64,000 bases of DNA from an uncultured delta proteobacterium (GTDB lineage Bacteria; Desulfobacterota; Binatia; UBA9968), in contig CAWFJP010000003.1 of assembly GCA_963816145.1 (NCBI GenBank), forward strand, positions 416,001 through 480,000, read 5' to 3'. Under the pieces are notes generated by a model. That model ran no database searches. It worked only from the letters and a program-made list of their open reading frames with translations, and was not told the origin of the DNA. Below, in pieces: positions 1 through 9,969 of the stretch. A program made the position numbers and the translations under genes. How positions within the stretch are numbered: the stretch's first letter is position 1; every line of letters begins with the position of its first letter.

Positions 1-225
1 TTCCAGCGCCAATGCTGGGGCGCTGTGGAATGCGACGAGCATGTCGCCAAGTTCATCCCCGAGTTCGGCCTCGAAGACAACATCGTCTTCTCCACCGACT
101 ACCCGCACCTCGACGTGAAATACCCCCACGCCGTGGAGAGTCTCCTGAAACAGCCCTTCACCGAACAGATGAAAAGAAAACTACTGTGGGATAATTGCGC
201 GAGACTTTACGGGTTTGGGTATTAA
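1..225 (+). CDS. Amidohydrolase_2 family protein, C-terminal part (truncated by window edge)
   Basis: Open frame from base 1 (FQRQCWGAVECDE...); C-terminal motifs IVFSTDYPH and RKLLWDNCARLY typical of the family. Confidence 0.85.
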   Translation, partial: FQRQCWGAVECDEHVAKFIPEFGLEDNIVFSTDYPHLDVKYPHAVESLLKQPFTEQMKRKLLWDNCARLYGFGY

Positions 226-236
226 GCCAAACCTTG

Positions 237-270
237 TTCAAGGTTCAAGGGTTCAAAAGTTCAAGGTCGG
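237..270. repeat. GTTCAAG periodic intergenic repeat
   Basis: ttcaaggttcaagggttcaaaagttcaaggtcgg; exact reverse complement at 50219-50252, degenerate copy at 2273-2309. Confidence 0.85.
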
Positions 271-295
271 AATCCGATTGAACCCTTGAACGGGA

Positions 296-1177
296 TTACT
301 TGCCTTTAGCTGCATTTATGTATTGCACGTCATAATACGCCGGCAGCTTATCCCCTTTTGGCAATTTGAAACCGAACTGATTGCGGAGATCGAGCACGAC
401 TTGCAGGCCCGGCAAATTCAAGTTGCCGGTGGTCGACAGTTCGTCGACGCTTTCCGCGGCTTGTTTGGGATTGAGCTTCAATTCAGCGCCGATCAGTTTG
501 ATCGCCGCCTCGCGGTTGGCCGGGTCTTTGACCCAGGCTCCCGCTTTCAACCATGCGCGCAGGAAACCAAGCACCGTGTCGCGATTTTTCTGCCCCCACT
601 CGCGGGTCACGGCGAAGACGGTATTGGGATAATCGGGCAAGACATCTCTCGAATCGCCGATACGCCGCATGCCGGCGTCGAGCGCTTTACCATCGAAGGG
701 CGGATTGAGCACTCCGGCAAAAGTTTCCCCCTTGATCATCGAATCGAGCCGCGCCCCGGTGGTGCCGAGGGCAACGAGCTCGTAATCGCCTTGGGCCATG
801 TCCAAACCGTTGGCGAGCAATACCCGGCGCAGCACCAAGGCGAACGCGGTGTCGACCGCGTCGGCGGCCAGTTTCTTGCCTTTAAGATCGCTCCAGGTTT
901 TGATTTCCGGCCGCACGAACACCGGCAAGACGGTCTTATCGGATATCTGCGCGTTGGCAACGATCTCCGCGCCGGCGCGCCCCGACCAGGCGAGCACGTT
1001 GTCGAACGCGGTCGAAACCATGTCGTATTTGCCCTGGCTCAAGCCGCGCATTTGATCGGTGGAGTTAAGCGTAACCGTCACCTCGACATCGAGACCCTCC
1101 GGGCTGAAATCACCGTGGGCACGCGCCGCGGCCGTGGCCGCGTCGGTGCGGAACACATTGAGACGTAATTTACGCAT
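296..1177 (-). CDS. ABC substrate-binding protein, NitT/TauT (SsuA/THI5-like)
   Basis: EGLDVEV, RPEIKTWSDLKGKKLA, AGVLNPPF motifs; no obvious signal peptide. Confidence 0.8.
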   Translation of the reverse strand: MRKLRLNVFRTDAATAAARAHGDFSPEGLDVEVTVTLNSTDQMRGLSQGKYDMVSTAFDNVLAWSGRAGAEIVANAQISDKTVLPVFVRPEIKTWSDLKGKKLAADAVDTAFALVLRRVLLANGLDMAQGDYELVALGTTGARLDSMIKGETFAGVLNPPFDGKALDAGMRRIGDSRDVLPDYPNTVFAVTREWGQKNRDTVLGFLRAWLKAGAWVKDPANREAAIKLIGAELKLNPKQAAESVDELSTTGNLNLPGLQVVLDLRNQFGFKLPKGDKLPAYYDVQYINAAKGK

Positions 1178-1243
1178 AACTTTTTGCTCTGCCTTCGAGT
1201 CTGTCAGGACCTCGACTCCACAGGCTTCTGAAACAAGGGGTTA

Positions 1244-2221
1244 TTATTTACTGGGCAGTTTTTTGAAAAACCCGTCCCGCTCCAATTCTGCGACAAAGCG
1301 CATATCGGCCACGTCCTCATATTTGAGCTGGCGAATCTTCGCGTCCTTCTCGCCGAGGCTTGCAATCAAGGTCTGGATGCCGGTCCTGCTGACATAGGGA
1401 ACAGCGTCGAACGCGTCGCGAAACTGCATGTAGGTGTCTTCCAAAATATCACTGTCTTTCAGCCGCGTGTACTTCTGGAGCGCGCGAATGCCGATTTGCC
1501 GATTGTTTTTGAATATAGCCAAGCCCTCGGCCAGGGCGCGCACCATGCGCCGGGTATTTTCCGGATTGGCTTTGACATAGGCCTTGGTGCTGGCGATGAC
1601 GGTGGAAGGATATTCCGGCCCGTCGGTGCCGAGATTGAGCAACTCGAACAGCCCGGCCTTTTTTGCCCGGCTGTTGGTCGGCGGCGACAGCGCGCCGGCG
1701 TCGATCTGGCCCGCCAGCAAAGTCGTCAGGATGTTCGGCACTTCGCCCAACTGCAGCAAAGAATAGTCGTTGGCGGCCAAACCCGCTTTGTTGACGGCGA
1801 ACTGAACCGCGGTGTGGGTCGAAGAACCGATGCGCGTGATACCGATCTTCTTCCCTTTTAGATCCGCCAACCGTTTGATCTCCGGCCGCGCCATGATCGA
1901 AAATACAAAGCGATTGACGCCCTCGCAGAACATCACCACATCCGCGCCCGCGCCCACCGCCTGAATGCTGTTCAGCGCATCCGCGGTCGTGTAGTGAATC
2001 TCGCCGGAGAGCATCGACTGGATCGCCCTGGAAGTCGACGCGATATGGATCAGCTCGACATCGAGACCATGCTTCTTGAACAACCCCTCTTCCTGGGCCA
2101 CCCAGATAGCGCTCATGACGCCGCTGATCGCGCCCCAGTTAAGACGCACCTTCTGCTGCGCGCTGGTGGGAGATGCCACAGCCAGAAAGAAAAGAGCAAA
2201 TATGCCGATGCGAAGTCTCAT
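1244..2221 (-). CDS. ABC substrate-binding protein, NitT/TauT family
   Basis: Signal peptide; GLFKKHGLDVEL, DLKGKKIGITRIGS, DAGALSPP. Confidence 0.9.
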   Translation of the reverse strand: MRLRIGIFALFFLAVASPTSAQQKVRLNWGAISGVMSAIWVAQEEGLFKKHGLDVELIHIASTSRAIQSMLSGEIHYTTADALNSIQAVGAGADVVMFCEGVNRFVFSIMARPEIKRLADLKGKKIGITRIGSSTHTAVQFAVNKAGLAANDYSLLQLGEVPNILTTLLAGQIDAGALSPPTNSRAKKAGLFELLNLGTDGPEYPSTVIASTKAYVKANPENTRRMVRALAEGLAIFKNNRQIGIRALQKYTRLKDSDILEDTYMQFRDAFDAVPYVSRTGIQTLIASLGEKDAKIRQLKYEDVADMRFVAELERDGFFKKLPSK

Positions 2222-2272
2222 TCTGCTAGACGAAAGGGCGACCGCCGGTCGCCCCTACCACAAGGAAATTGT

Positions 2273-2309
2273 CCGACCCCTTGAACTTTTGAACCCGTGA
2301 ACCTTGAAC
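2273..2309. repeat. GTTCAAG periodic repeat (reverse orientation)
   Basis: ccgaccccttgaacttttgaacccgtgaaccttgaac, related to 237-270. Confidence 0.75.
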
Positions 2310-2317
2310 TGCGGCGG

Positions 2318-3388
2318 CTACGCCGCCGCTACCCACGCCGTCAGCACCGACGGCGTATCCTTCAGCACCGGCTCCCAGGAATCGCCGCGGTCGTGCGTCA
2401 CATAGAAGCCGCCTTTGCCGGTTATACGCGCATCGAAACCGTAGCCGCGAGCGCCGTCGCCCATGCCGCAGAACAGCGCGTTCTTATCGCTCGGGTGATG
2501 CAGGAGTACCCAGGGCATCCAGGGGTTTTCCTTTTCTAAACCTTTGGTCGAGATACGCCAGCTTTCGCCGGCGTCGTCACTAAGGAGAATATGACCCAGC
2601 GGCGAGTGGCGGTCGCGCCGCCATACGCCGGGCGAACCTTTGCCGCCGGACAGGACCATCCGTCCGCCGGGCATGAAATGCCACTCGTGGGAATAACTAT
2701 CTACTTCCGTATAAGCCCAGGGCATGCCGGTCTCGGCGCGCCGCCAGTGTTCGCCGCCGTTATCGGTGCGGAAAAACCCGCGCGCTGACGAGACATAGTA
2801 GCGATCTTTGCTGCCGGGAAAGTTTTCGATGTAGTGCATGTCGACATAGTCGATGCCGACACTGCGGTCATACCAAGTCCTGCCGCGGTCGCGGCTCAAT
2901 AGTACCCCGCCATGTTCGAGCAATACATAAATGAGATTCTGATCGTCGGGGTGAATAAAAATATGGCGCACATGAGGAAACTCGATCCCCTTTAGCTGCG
3001 CCGGCACGCCCCATTTATTCGTGACCTCGGGCCCGAAGTCGAGCATGCTGTCGAGGGGCTCGAATTTCTTGCCGCCGTCTTCGCTGCGGAATAGTCGAAT
3101 CGGCCCAAGACCCATGTAAACCACCCGTTCGTCGTGCGGATCGATAGTGAACGTGCGCACGTCGCCGTCCATAATCTTGGCCCAGCTCTTGCCGGCATCC
3201 TCCGACCGATAGCCGCCATCGAAAGCAACCGCGGCAAAGACAATCTCCGGCTTCTTGATGCCGCCGATCAAATGCTCCAAAGTCACGCCGGGAAAATGCT
3301 CGCCGACGGTGTTCATGGAGCCTGAGCAATTCTCCATCACTTTGAGCCCGCCATTATGGGCGATGTAGTAGCGCAATGATTCAGCCAT
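2318..3388 (-). CDS. BNR/Asp-box repeat beta-propeller protein (WD40/YVTN/BNR-like)
   Basis: Repeated SxDxGxxW Asp-boxes (SEDAGKSW, SEDGGKKF, SRDRGRTW, TDNGGEHW, SDDAGESW, THDRGDSW); RBS GGAGG. Confidence 0.85.
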   Translation of the reverse strand: MAESLRYYIAHNGGLKVMENCSGSMNTVGEHFPGVTLEHLIGGIKKPEIVFAAVAFDGGYRSEDAGKSWAKIMDGDVRTFTIDPHDERVVYMGLGPIRLFRSEDGGKKFEPLDSMLDFGPEVTNKWGVPAQLKGIEFPHVRHIFIHPDDQNLIYVLLEHGGVLLSRDRGRTWYDRSVGIDYVDMHYIENFPGSKDRYYVSSARGFFRTDNGGEHWRRAETGMPWAYTEVDSYSHEWHFMPGGRMVLSGGKGSPGVWRRDRHSPLGHILLSDDAGESWRISTKGLEKENPWMPWVLLHHPSDKNALFCGMGDGARGYGFDARITGKGGFYVTHDRGDSWEPVLKDTPSVLTAWVAAA

Positions 3389-3473
3389 GGTAACCTCCTA
3401 AATTACGAACTACTAAAAGAGAATATGCCGTCCCACAATATCGACAATGAATGCACGACAGTCCGATCAAATT

Positions 3474-3563
3474 CCTTTCACTCAACGGGAAAGATTAAGT
3501 AAGGGGTGATCTTAGATTCCTCCAGCACACCCATCTCAATTTTCCCCCGTGCAGGGGGAAGAT
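3474..3563. repeat. Purine/pyrimidine-tract palindromic repeat (CCCATCTCAA...TTCCCCC/GGGGGAAG family)
   Basis: ttcccccgtgcagggggaa hairpin with cccatctcaat arm; related copy at 23511-23740. Confidence 0.6.
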
Positions 3564-3619
3564 GTCGGATAAGGGCATTGGCCGATTCTTCTTTCGCCTT
3601 ACCCCTTACCCTTCACGCC

Positions 3620-5842
3620 TTACCTTTTCGCCCGCAGCGCCCGATACACTTTTTCCGACGTCACCGGCAGATCGGTGATGCGCACGCCGCAAGCATCGGC
3701 CACCGCGTTGGCCACCGCCGCCGCCGTCGGCGTGTTGGCCACTTCGCCGATGGCCAAGCTGTTATACGGCCCCGGCCCGGCCGGCACGCTTTCAGACACA
3801 TGGGTTTTCAGCGGCGGAATGTCGGTGATGTTGGGTATTTTGAATTCGCCGAAGTTGCTCGTGGTGATCTTGCCGCCGTCGTCGAACTGCACTTCTTCGG
3901 TCAGCGCATAACCAAGACCGAACACCACGCCGCCTTCCACTTGTCCCTGGTGCATCAAGGGATTGATCACCCGACCGGTGGTATGGGCCGAGATCATGTT
4001 GCGCAGCGTCACCTGACCGGTCTCCGGGTCGACATGAACTTCAGCTATCTGCGCCGACACCGAGGCGTCGTGCGACTTTTCGGCGCTCTTATAATAACCG
4101 CGCACATAGATCGGTGCGCCCTTGAACTTGATCACCTCGGCGAAACTCATCTTGCGCTTGGACGGCTTGTGCCAGATCAAGCCTCTGTCCGTCGACAACT
4201 CTTTCGGATCGACCTCCAGCGCTTGGGCCGCGAACATAAACAGCTCCTCGCGCGCCTTCACGCCAGCTTCGTATGAGGCGTTGCCATAGACGCGCGTCGC
4301 CCGGCTGCCGCCGACGCCGCCGTCGCTCGGCACGATGGTACTGTCGACCTGTTTCAATTCGATCTCGTCGGCCGGCACTTGCAGCTCTTCGCCGACCACT
4401 TCGACGATCACCGTCAACACGCCGGCACCCTGATCGACCACCGGCGAGATGATTTTGACCTTGCCGTCCTCTTCTATGGTGACAAACACGTTGCCTTCAC
4501 CGCCGCTCGGGCTCCATTCGGAGAACGCCAGACCGCGGCCGACATTTTTCGGCTTGGCCTTGTTATACCCGGCCATCTGAATCGCCTTGTCCAACGCTTC
4601 GTCACCACGGATGTGCGAGATATGGCCGCCGATGGGCGTCTCATCGCCGTCGCGAAGCATGTTCTTGCGCTTGAACTCGCTGGGGTCCATGCCGAGCTTG
4701 CGCGCAACGATGTCCAACTGGCTCTCGTTGGCGAAAAAGCCCTGGGGATCGCCCGGCGCGCGCATGTGGCCGCAGGGGATCTTGTTGGTGTAGACGATGC
4801 GTTCTTCTATCAAGCAGTTGGCGATGCGATAAGGACCGGCGCAGGTCGACGCCCCGATCAAATAACCGGCCGGCTTCATCGACGCGTAAGCGCCGCTATC
4901 GAAGAGAAAATCGATATGATGCGCAACGATGGTGCCGTCTTTTTTGACGCCCGTCTTCACTTTAATGATCGCCGCATGGCGCGGATTGCCGGCGGTCAAC
5001 TCCTCGGTGTAATCCATCACCATCTTAACCGGCGTGCCGGCCTTCTTCGACAGGAAATACGCCACCGCCACGTCCATGAAGCCGCCCTTGCCGCCAAAGT
5101 CGCCGCCGATATGCATCGGATGGAAAACAATTTTTTCTTTGGCGATTCCGATACAGTTTGCCAGCTGGCCGCGCACGGCGAACGGCGTCTTGCTGCACGA
5201 CCAGATATCGGCGCTGCCGTCGGCGCGCGTGTGCGCGACGCAGGCGTGGGGCTCTAAATAAGATTGATGCGTAACCTGCGTGGTGAAAGTATTTTCGACG
5301 ATCAGATCGGCCTGCTTGAAACCGGCTTCAATGTCGCCCTTACCCCACTTGAGCGTGGCGAAACAGTTGCCGGCCTTATCCACCGGCACAGGTAATCCTT
5401 TGTAAGAGAGCAAGTCCGGATGCAGCAACGTCGAACCGTCTTTGACCGCTTCGACTGGATCGAGCAGTGGCGCCATCTCGTCATACTCCACTTCGATCAA
5501 CTCCAGCGCCGCTTCCGCCGCCTGCTTGCTGGTTGCAGCTATGGCAGCGACTTTCTCACCGATGAAGCGCACGATACCGTCGGCCAGCACCGGCGTGTCA
5601 TAGATACAACGGCCGATGCGCAGCCCCGGCACGTCCAGACCGGTGAGCACGGCTTTCACGCCAGGCGCCCGCTCAGCCTTGCTGGTGTCAATGCGCTTGA
5701 TCCGCGCGTAAGCCACCGGACTTCTCAAACAACGTCCCCACAAGGTCTCCGGCAATTGCAAATCGGCGCTGTACTGCGCCTGCCCGGTCACTTTGAACAC
5801 GCCCTCCACTCTCGGCGTCGATTTACCTACAACCTGCGTCAT
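3620..5842 (-). CDS. Xanthine dehydrogenase family molybdopterin-binding large subunit (CoxL/XdhA-like)
   Basis: KVTGQAQYSAD, GGDFGGK, MRAPGDPQ, GGSRAT, GQVEGG, AIGE motifs. Confidence 0.93.
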   Translation of the reverse strand: MTQVVGKSTPRVEGVFKVTGQAQYSADLQLPETLWGRCLRSPVAYARIKRIDTSKAERAPGVKAVLTGLDVPGLRIGRCIYDTPVLADGIVRFIGEKVAAIAATSKQAAEAALELIEVEYDEMAPLLDPVEAVKDGSTLLHPDLLSYKGLPVPVDKAGNCFATLKWGKGDIEAGFKQADLIVENTFTTQVTHQSYLEPHACVAHTRADGSADIWSCSKTPFAVRGQLANCIGIAKEKIVFHPMHIGGDFGGKGGFMDVAVAYFLSKKAGTPVKMVMDYTEELTAGNPRHAAIIKVKTGVKKDGTIVAHHIDFLFDSGAYASMKPAGYLIGASTCAGPYRIANCLIEERIVYTNKIPCGHMRAPGDPQGFFANESQLDIVARKLGMDPSEFKRKNMLRDGDETPIGGHISHIRGDEALDKAIQMAGYNKAKPKNVGRGLAFSEWSPSGGEGNVFVTIEEDGKVKIISPVVDQGAGVLTVIVEVVGEELQVPADEIELKQVDSTIVPSDGGVGGSRATRVYGNASYEAGVKAREELFMFAAQALEVDPKELSTDRGLIWHKPSKRKMSFAEVIKFKGAPIYVRGYYKSAEKSHDASVSAQIAEVHVDPETGQVTLRNMISAHTTGRVINPLMHQGQVEGGVVFGLGYALTEEVQFDDGGKITTSNFGEFKIPNITDIPPLKTHVSESVPAGPGPYNSLAIGEVANTPTAAAVANAVADACGVRITDLPVTSEKVYRALRAKR

Positions 5843-5949
5843 TTAATTTCCTCCAAATGAAAATCTTCGCGCTTTTAGCGCGTTGGACATCCATTTCTAA
5901 ACCGGAACCCGCTAAATTGTCCAGCCCTTCGCGCCGAAAGTCCGAAAAC

Positions 5950-5987
5950 GTTTTGAACGATTGGAACGGCTTGAACGTCTTGAACCT
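5950..5987. repeat. 9-bp periodic TGAAC/GGAAC repeat
   Basis: ttttgaacgattggaacggcttgaacgtcttgaacc; related at about 14845-14880 and 26381-26488. Confidence 0.65.
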
Positions 5988-5995
5988 TCAGCAAT

Positions 5996-7117
5996 TTATC
6001 CCCACACCCGCCGCGCCACTTTCGCAACCAGTTCCAGTTTCCGGTGCATATCGTCCCACGTGATCAAATTCCCCGAAGCCGCCGATGCAAAACCACACTG
6101 CGTGCTCAGCGCGAGATTCTCCACCGCGACATACTTCTCCGCCTGCTCAATCCGCCGCAGGAGTTCATCTTCGGATTCCAGCGCCGGCTCTTTCGTGGTG
6201 ATCAAGCCCAACACCACGGTCTTATCCTTGGGCACAAACCGCAGTGGCTCGAAGCCGCCGGCACGGTCGCTATCGAACTCCATCAAATAGCGGTCCATCT
6301 TGAGCGCGCCAAAGGCCTTCTCGGCGATCGGCTCATAACTGCCCTCGGCGCCCCAGGCGCTGCGCTTGTTGCCGCGGCAGAAATGAATGCCGATGGCAAC
6401 ATCGCTATTGCGCTTTATGCCATCGATCATGGCATTATCCGCCGCGATGGCGGCATCGAGCGCCGCATCGAGATCGATGCCGCTCTGCTGCAACACGGCG
6501 CGCCGGCTTTGGTCGAAGAAGTTTGAATAGGACGGCGCGTCCAATTGGACGTAGGATGCCCCCTCGTCGATCAGTGCTTGCACTTCCTGGCGCATGATGG
6601 CCGCGACATCCTGCAACATGGCATGCACCGTCGGATAGAATTGATCCGACACTCCCGGCCGATAACGCATGATCGCATGCTGCATCGCCGCCGGCGTGCA
6701 AACTTTGAATGGTCCCGGCGCGTGCTCTTTCAAGAACGGCGCCTCGTTGGGGGTGAAACGGCCCTTCCGGGTGAGCTTGGCGCCGACGATATACTGGAGA
6801 TTGCCCTCCTTTGACTCTGCCGCAAGCTCTTTACCTCGACCGCGCCATTCGAACTTGACTACAGGTTTGCCAGGCACCAGCCCAGCGATCGCCTTGGTGA
6901 TATCGGCGGTAAAAATATCCCGGCGATACTCGCCATCGGTAAAGACATCGACACCGGTAGCCTTCTGCATCTCTAGCGCCTTTAGAATCGAGCGGTCCTC
7001 GATCTCGCGCACCTGCGGCTCATCCATGCGCCCCTCGCGCAGCGCCGCGCGCGCCTCGAGCAACTCCGCCGGCCGCAACAGACTGCCGATGTTATCGGCG
7101 CGAAATGGCTTCGCCAT
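5996..7117 (-). CDS. Cobalamin-independent methionine synthase II family protein (single barrel)
   Basis: GSLLRP, TDGEYRR, VQLDAP, Zn motif HFCRGN, EFDSDRAG, STQCGFAS. Confidence 0.92.
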   Translation of the reverse strand: MAKPFRADNIGSLLRPAELLEARAALREGRMDEPQVREIEDRSILKALEMQKATGVDVFTDGEYRRDIFTADITKAIAGLVPGKPVVKFEWRGRGKELAAESKEGNLQYIVGAKLTRKGRFTPNEAPFLKEHAPGPFKVCTPAAMQHAIMRYRPGVSDQFYPTVHAMLQDVAAIMRQEVQALIDEGASYVQLDAPSYSNFFDQSRRAVLQQSGIDLDAALDAAIAADNAMIDGIKRNSDVAIGIHFCRGNKRSAWGAEGSYEPIAEKAFGALKMDRYLMEFDSDRAGGFEPLRFVPKDKTVVLGLITTKEPALESEDELLRRIEQAEKYVAVENLALSTQCGFASAASGNLITWDDMHRKLELVAKVARRVWG

Positions 7118-7171
7118 GAACTTGGCCCCTTTCCCTGTCTTAAGTCTACCAGGATGGCTGTGATGACTTTT

Positions 7172-7243
7172 TCACCACGAAGGACACGAAGTTCAGATTG
7201 TTATTATCCGGAACCTTCGTGTCCTTCGTGCTCTTCGTGGTGA
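7172..7243. repeat. CACCACGAAG palindromic repeat (family A, copy 1)
   Basis: caccacgaaggacacgaag...cttcgtgtccttcgtgctcttcgtggtg inverted arms. Confidence 0.9.
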
Positions 7244-7270
7244 GAACCTATTCAACTAAAACATAAATGT

Positions 7271-8413
7271 CTAACTCCACACTTGGCGCGCAGTCTCGAC
7301 GACGACTTCCAACTTTCGCTTCTGATCGTCTTCGCTCACCAGATTGCCGACGACGTCCGAGGCAAAGCCGCATTGGGGGCTGATCGCCAGCTGTTCGAGG
7401 GGCAGATACTTGGCCGCGGCGTCGATGCGGCGCTTGAGATCCTCAACGGTTTCGATATCCGGAACTTTGGTGCTCACCAACCCCAAAACCACGACCTTGT
7501 CTTTGGGTACGAAGCGCAGCGGCGCGAAGGTGCCTGCCCGGGGGCTGTCGTATTCAAGCAAAAAGCGGTCATGCCGTAGGCCGGTGAACAGCATCTCAGC
7601 AATGGCATCGTAGCTGCCCTCGCGGTGCCACATGCTGCGCTGGTTGCCGCGGCAGAGATGAATGCCGAAGGTCACATCATCGAACAGCCGCAGTATCTCG
7701 TTATCAGCCTTGATCGAACGCATGAGGTTTTTCACGGGGTCTTCACCGCGCGCTTTCATCTCATCGAGGGATGGCGCGTCGACGTACGCGGTATAGCTGG
7801 GCGCATCGATTTGCACATAACGGCACCCGGCTTCGACCAGGCCGCGAATCATCTCCCGCTCGATGCGCACGACGTCGGCAACGAAGTCCTCCATACTCCA
7901 GTAGATCGATTTCGAGTTCTGGTAATCGAAACGCTGTGAAATCCGGTCCGGCCCGACCAGGGTCACCTTGGCCGGCCGCTGCGCAATCTTGCTGACAAAC
8001 ATATACTCTTCTAGCGGCAGATTGCGCACCAACCGAAGTTTCTGCGACACCGGACGACGCTGCAGGATCGCCGCGCCATCGGCGACACGATAGGGGTCCC
8101 ATCGCTGCAAAGGTTTGCCCTCGCGCGACAGACTTTCGACAAACGACAGGTCCGCCGGCCGCGCATCGAAACCGCTCACCGAGGCGGAGAAACTGTCCTG
8201 GAAGTTTAGCCGGCGAAATTCGCCGTCGGTGACCACCGCCAATCCGATCGCTTCTTGAAGCGCGACAGCCTGGCGGATCGCATCGTCCTCGATGCGGCGC
8301 AACTCTTCGGCGCCGATCATGCCCGCATCATGTTGTGCGTAAGCTTGCTTAACGAGCAAGGGTCGAAGGAGACTGCCGACAACATCGGTGTGGATCTTTG
8401 CCAATTGTTTCAT
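7271..8413 (-). CDS. Cobalamin-independent methionine synthase II family protein (paralogue)
   Basis: VGSLLRP, TDGEFRR, VQIDAP, HLCRGN, EYDSPRAG, SPQCGFAS. Confidence 0.92.
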   Translation of the reverse strand: MKQLAKIHTDVVGSLLRPLLVKQAYAQHDAGMIGAEELRRIEDDAIRQAVALQEAIGLAVVTDGEFRRLNFQDSFSASVSGFDARPADLSFVESLSREGKPLQRWDPYRVADGAAILQRRPVSQKLRLVRNLPLEEYMFVSKIAQRPAKVTLVGPDRISQRFDYQNSKSIYWSMEDFVADVVRIEREMIRGLVEAGCRYVQIDAPSYTAYVDAPSLDEMKARGEDPVKNLMRSIKADNEILRLFDDVTFGIHLCRGNQRSMWHREGSYDAIAEMLFTGLRHDRFLLEYDSPRAGTFAPLRFVPKDKVVVLGLVSTKVPDIETVEDLKRRIDAAAKYLPLEQLAISPQCGFASDVVGNLVSEDDQKRKLEVVVETARQVWS

Positions 8414-8634
8414 GGTGTTTATTCCTTACGGATGGTATTTGCGGGTCTCCGCCTGGGCGGCATCTATCCGAGCTCTAACTGCAGGGTAAAATCCAACTGC
8501 TCCGTCGCGGTGCACACGGCAGCTAGATCTATCGTAGAAAGCTTTAAATTGTCCAGTGGTTTTTAGACCGCGCGGCGCACTTGGCAGATGCTGTCGATTT
8601 GGCTAGTATCGGCGCCGAGGGAATCGAAACGACA

Positions 8635-9816
8635 ATGCAATACCGTTACATCTCCGGCGACTCGCATTTGGAAATCGACTCGAAACATTGGATCGGCCGC
8701 GTACCGGTCAAGTATCGCGACCATGTGCCGCGCTTGGTGCGCCAGCCCAACGGCAGTGATATGTGGATGATCGGCGACAAAATCAAGCGCGCCGCCGCGG
8801 CGGCCGATCTTTACGGCGGCATAGGGCGCGACGCCTATGTTCCCTTCGACGGTCGCTACGAAGGCACGCCCGGCACCGGTAGCCCCGAACAGCGGCTCAG
8901 CGAGCAAGACCGCGACGGCATCAATGCCGAAGTCTTGTTTCCATCGCAGCAAGGCGGACCGAAGTTTTGGCGCCGCGTCGAAGACAATGACGCCTACAAA
9001 GCGATCGTGCGCGCCTACAACAGTTGGCTTGCCGAAGAATACTGCGCCACCGATCCGCAACGTTTGATCGGCGTCGGCATCTTGCCGCTGGGAGGCCAAC
9101 TGAAAGATGTCATCGAGGAACTGGAGTTCTGCGGCAAGGCCGGTTTCAAAACCGTCTTGTTGCAAGGCCACCCGAGCGGCAACGCCTACGCGTCGGAAGC
9201 CGACGACCCATTTTGGGCGCGCGCGCTCGAGCTCAATATGCCGGTCAGCGTCCATGTTGACCTCGACCGCACCGGCGAGCGCAAAGGACCGCTGTTCAAG
9301 TATCCCAAAGAGACCGAAGAGATCATGAAAAAACTGACCCATGATCTAGTCGATCAGGTCGGCCGCTTCGGTCCGCAGCGCGGCAACGGCTCGATCCCTG
9401 CGGTACAGTGGGTGTTGTCGGGTCTGTTCGACCGCTTCCCGACGCTGCGCGTGTTTTTCGCCGAGAATCAGATCGGCTGGATTCCGTTCTTCCTGCAAGG
9501 CGCCGACGTGCGCTACGACCGGCACCACCGCTGGGCCGAGCGCTTGTTGGGATTCGAACCGCTTAAGCGGCCACCGAGTGAATATATTCGCGAGCATTGT
9601 CTGTGGGGTTTTCAATTCGACCGCGTCGGCGTCGAGCTGCGCGACAAGATCGGCGTCGACAAACTACTGTGGGGCTCCGATTTCCCGCACCAAGAATCCG
9701 ACTGGCCCGACTCGCTCAAGATCATCGACAAAAACTTTGCCGGGGTGCCGGAAGCGGACAAATATAAAATGGTCTGCGGCAACGCCGTCGAGTTTTTCCG
9801 TCTGCAAACTTCGTGA
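8635..9816 (+). CDS. Amidohydrolase_2 family protein
   Basis: ISGDSH, AYNSWLAEEYC, PVSVH, AENQIGW, WGSDFPH; ATG 8635 preferred over TTG 8581. Confidence 0.92.
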   Translation: MQYRYISGDSHLEIDSKHWIGRVPVKYRDHVPRLVRQPNGSDMWMIGDKIKRAAAAADLYGGIGRDAYVPFDGRYEGTPGTGSPEQRLSEQDRDGINAEVLFPSQQGGPKFWRRVEDNDAYKAIVRAYNSWLAEEYCATDPQRLIGVGILPLGGQLKDVIEELEFCGKAGFKTVLLQGHPSGNAYASEADDPFWARALELNMPVSVHVDLDRTGERKGPLFKYPKETEEIMKKLTHDLVDQVGRFGPQRGNGSIPAVQWVLSGLFDRFPTLRVFFAENQIGWIPFFLQGADVRYDRHHRWAERLLGFEPLKRPPSEYIREHCLWGFQFDRVGVELRDKIGVDKLLWGSDFPHQESDWPDSLKIIDKNFAGVPEADKYKMVCGNAVEFFRLQTS

Positions 9817-9846
9817 GACCTCTCGCAGGAGTGGAGAGATCGTTCC

Positions 9847-9925
9847 CACCACGAAGGACACGAAGAGCACGAAGTTTGGAGTCTTGATTTTCAAAACCTT
9901 CGTGTCCTTCGTGTGCTTCGTGGTG
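9847..9925. repeat. CACCACGAAG palindromic repeat (family A, copy 2)
   Basis: Inverted arms with 9-bp internal periodicity. Confidence 0.9.
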
Positions 9926-9969
9926 TAAAAGGATTTTACGCAACGGCTGCGAAGTTCGTAACCGCTACC

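Noticed and set aside
3620-5842. Aerobic CO dehydrogenase (coxL form I)
   Set aside because: Lacks the AYxCSFR motif and coxM/coxS neighbours
8414-8580. SAM, SAH or cobalamin riboswitch upstream of the MetE-II genes
   Set aside because: Only a short CCTGCAG...GATG resemblance; conserved cores not found by eye
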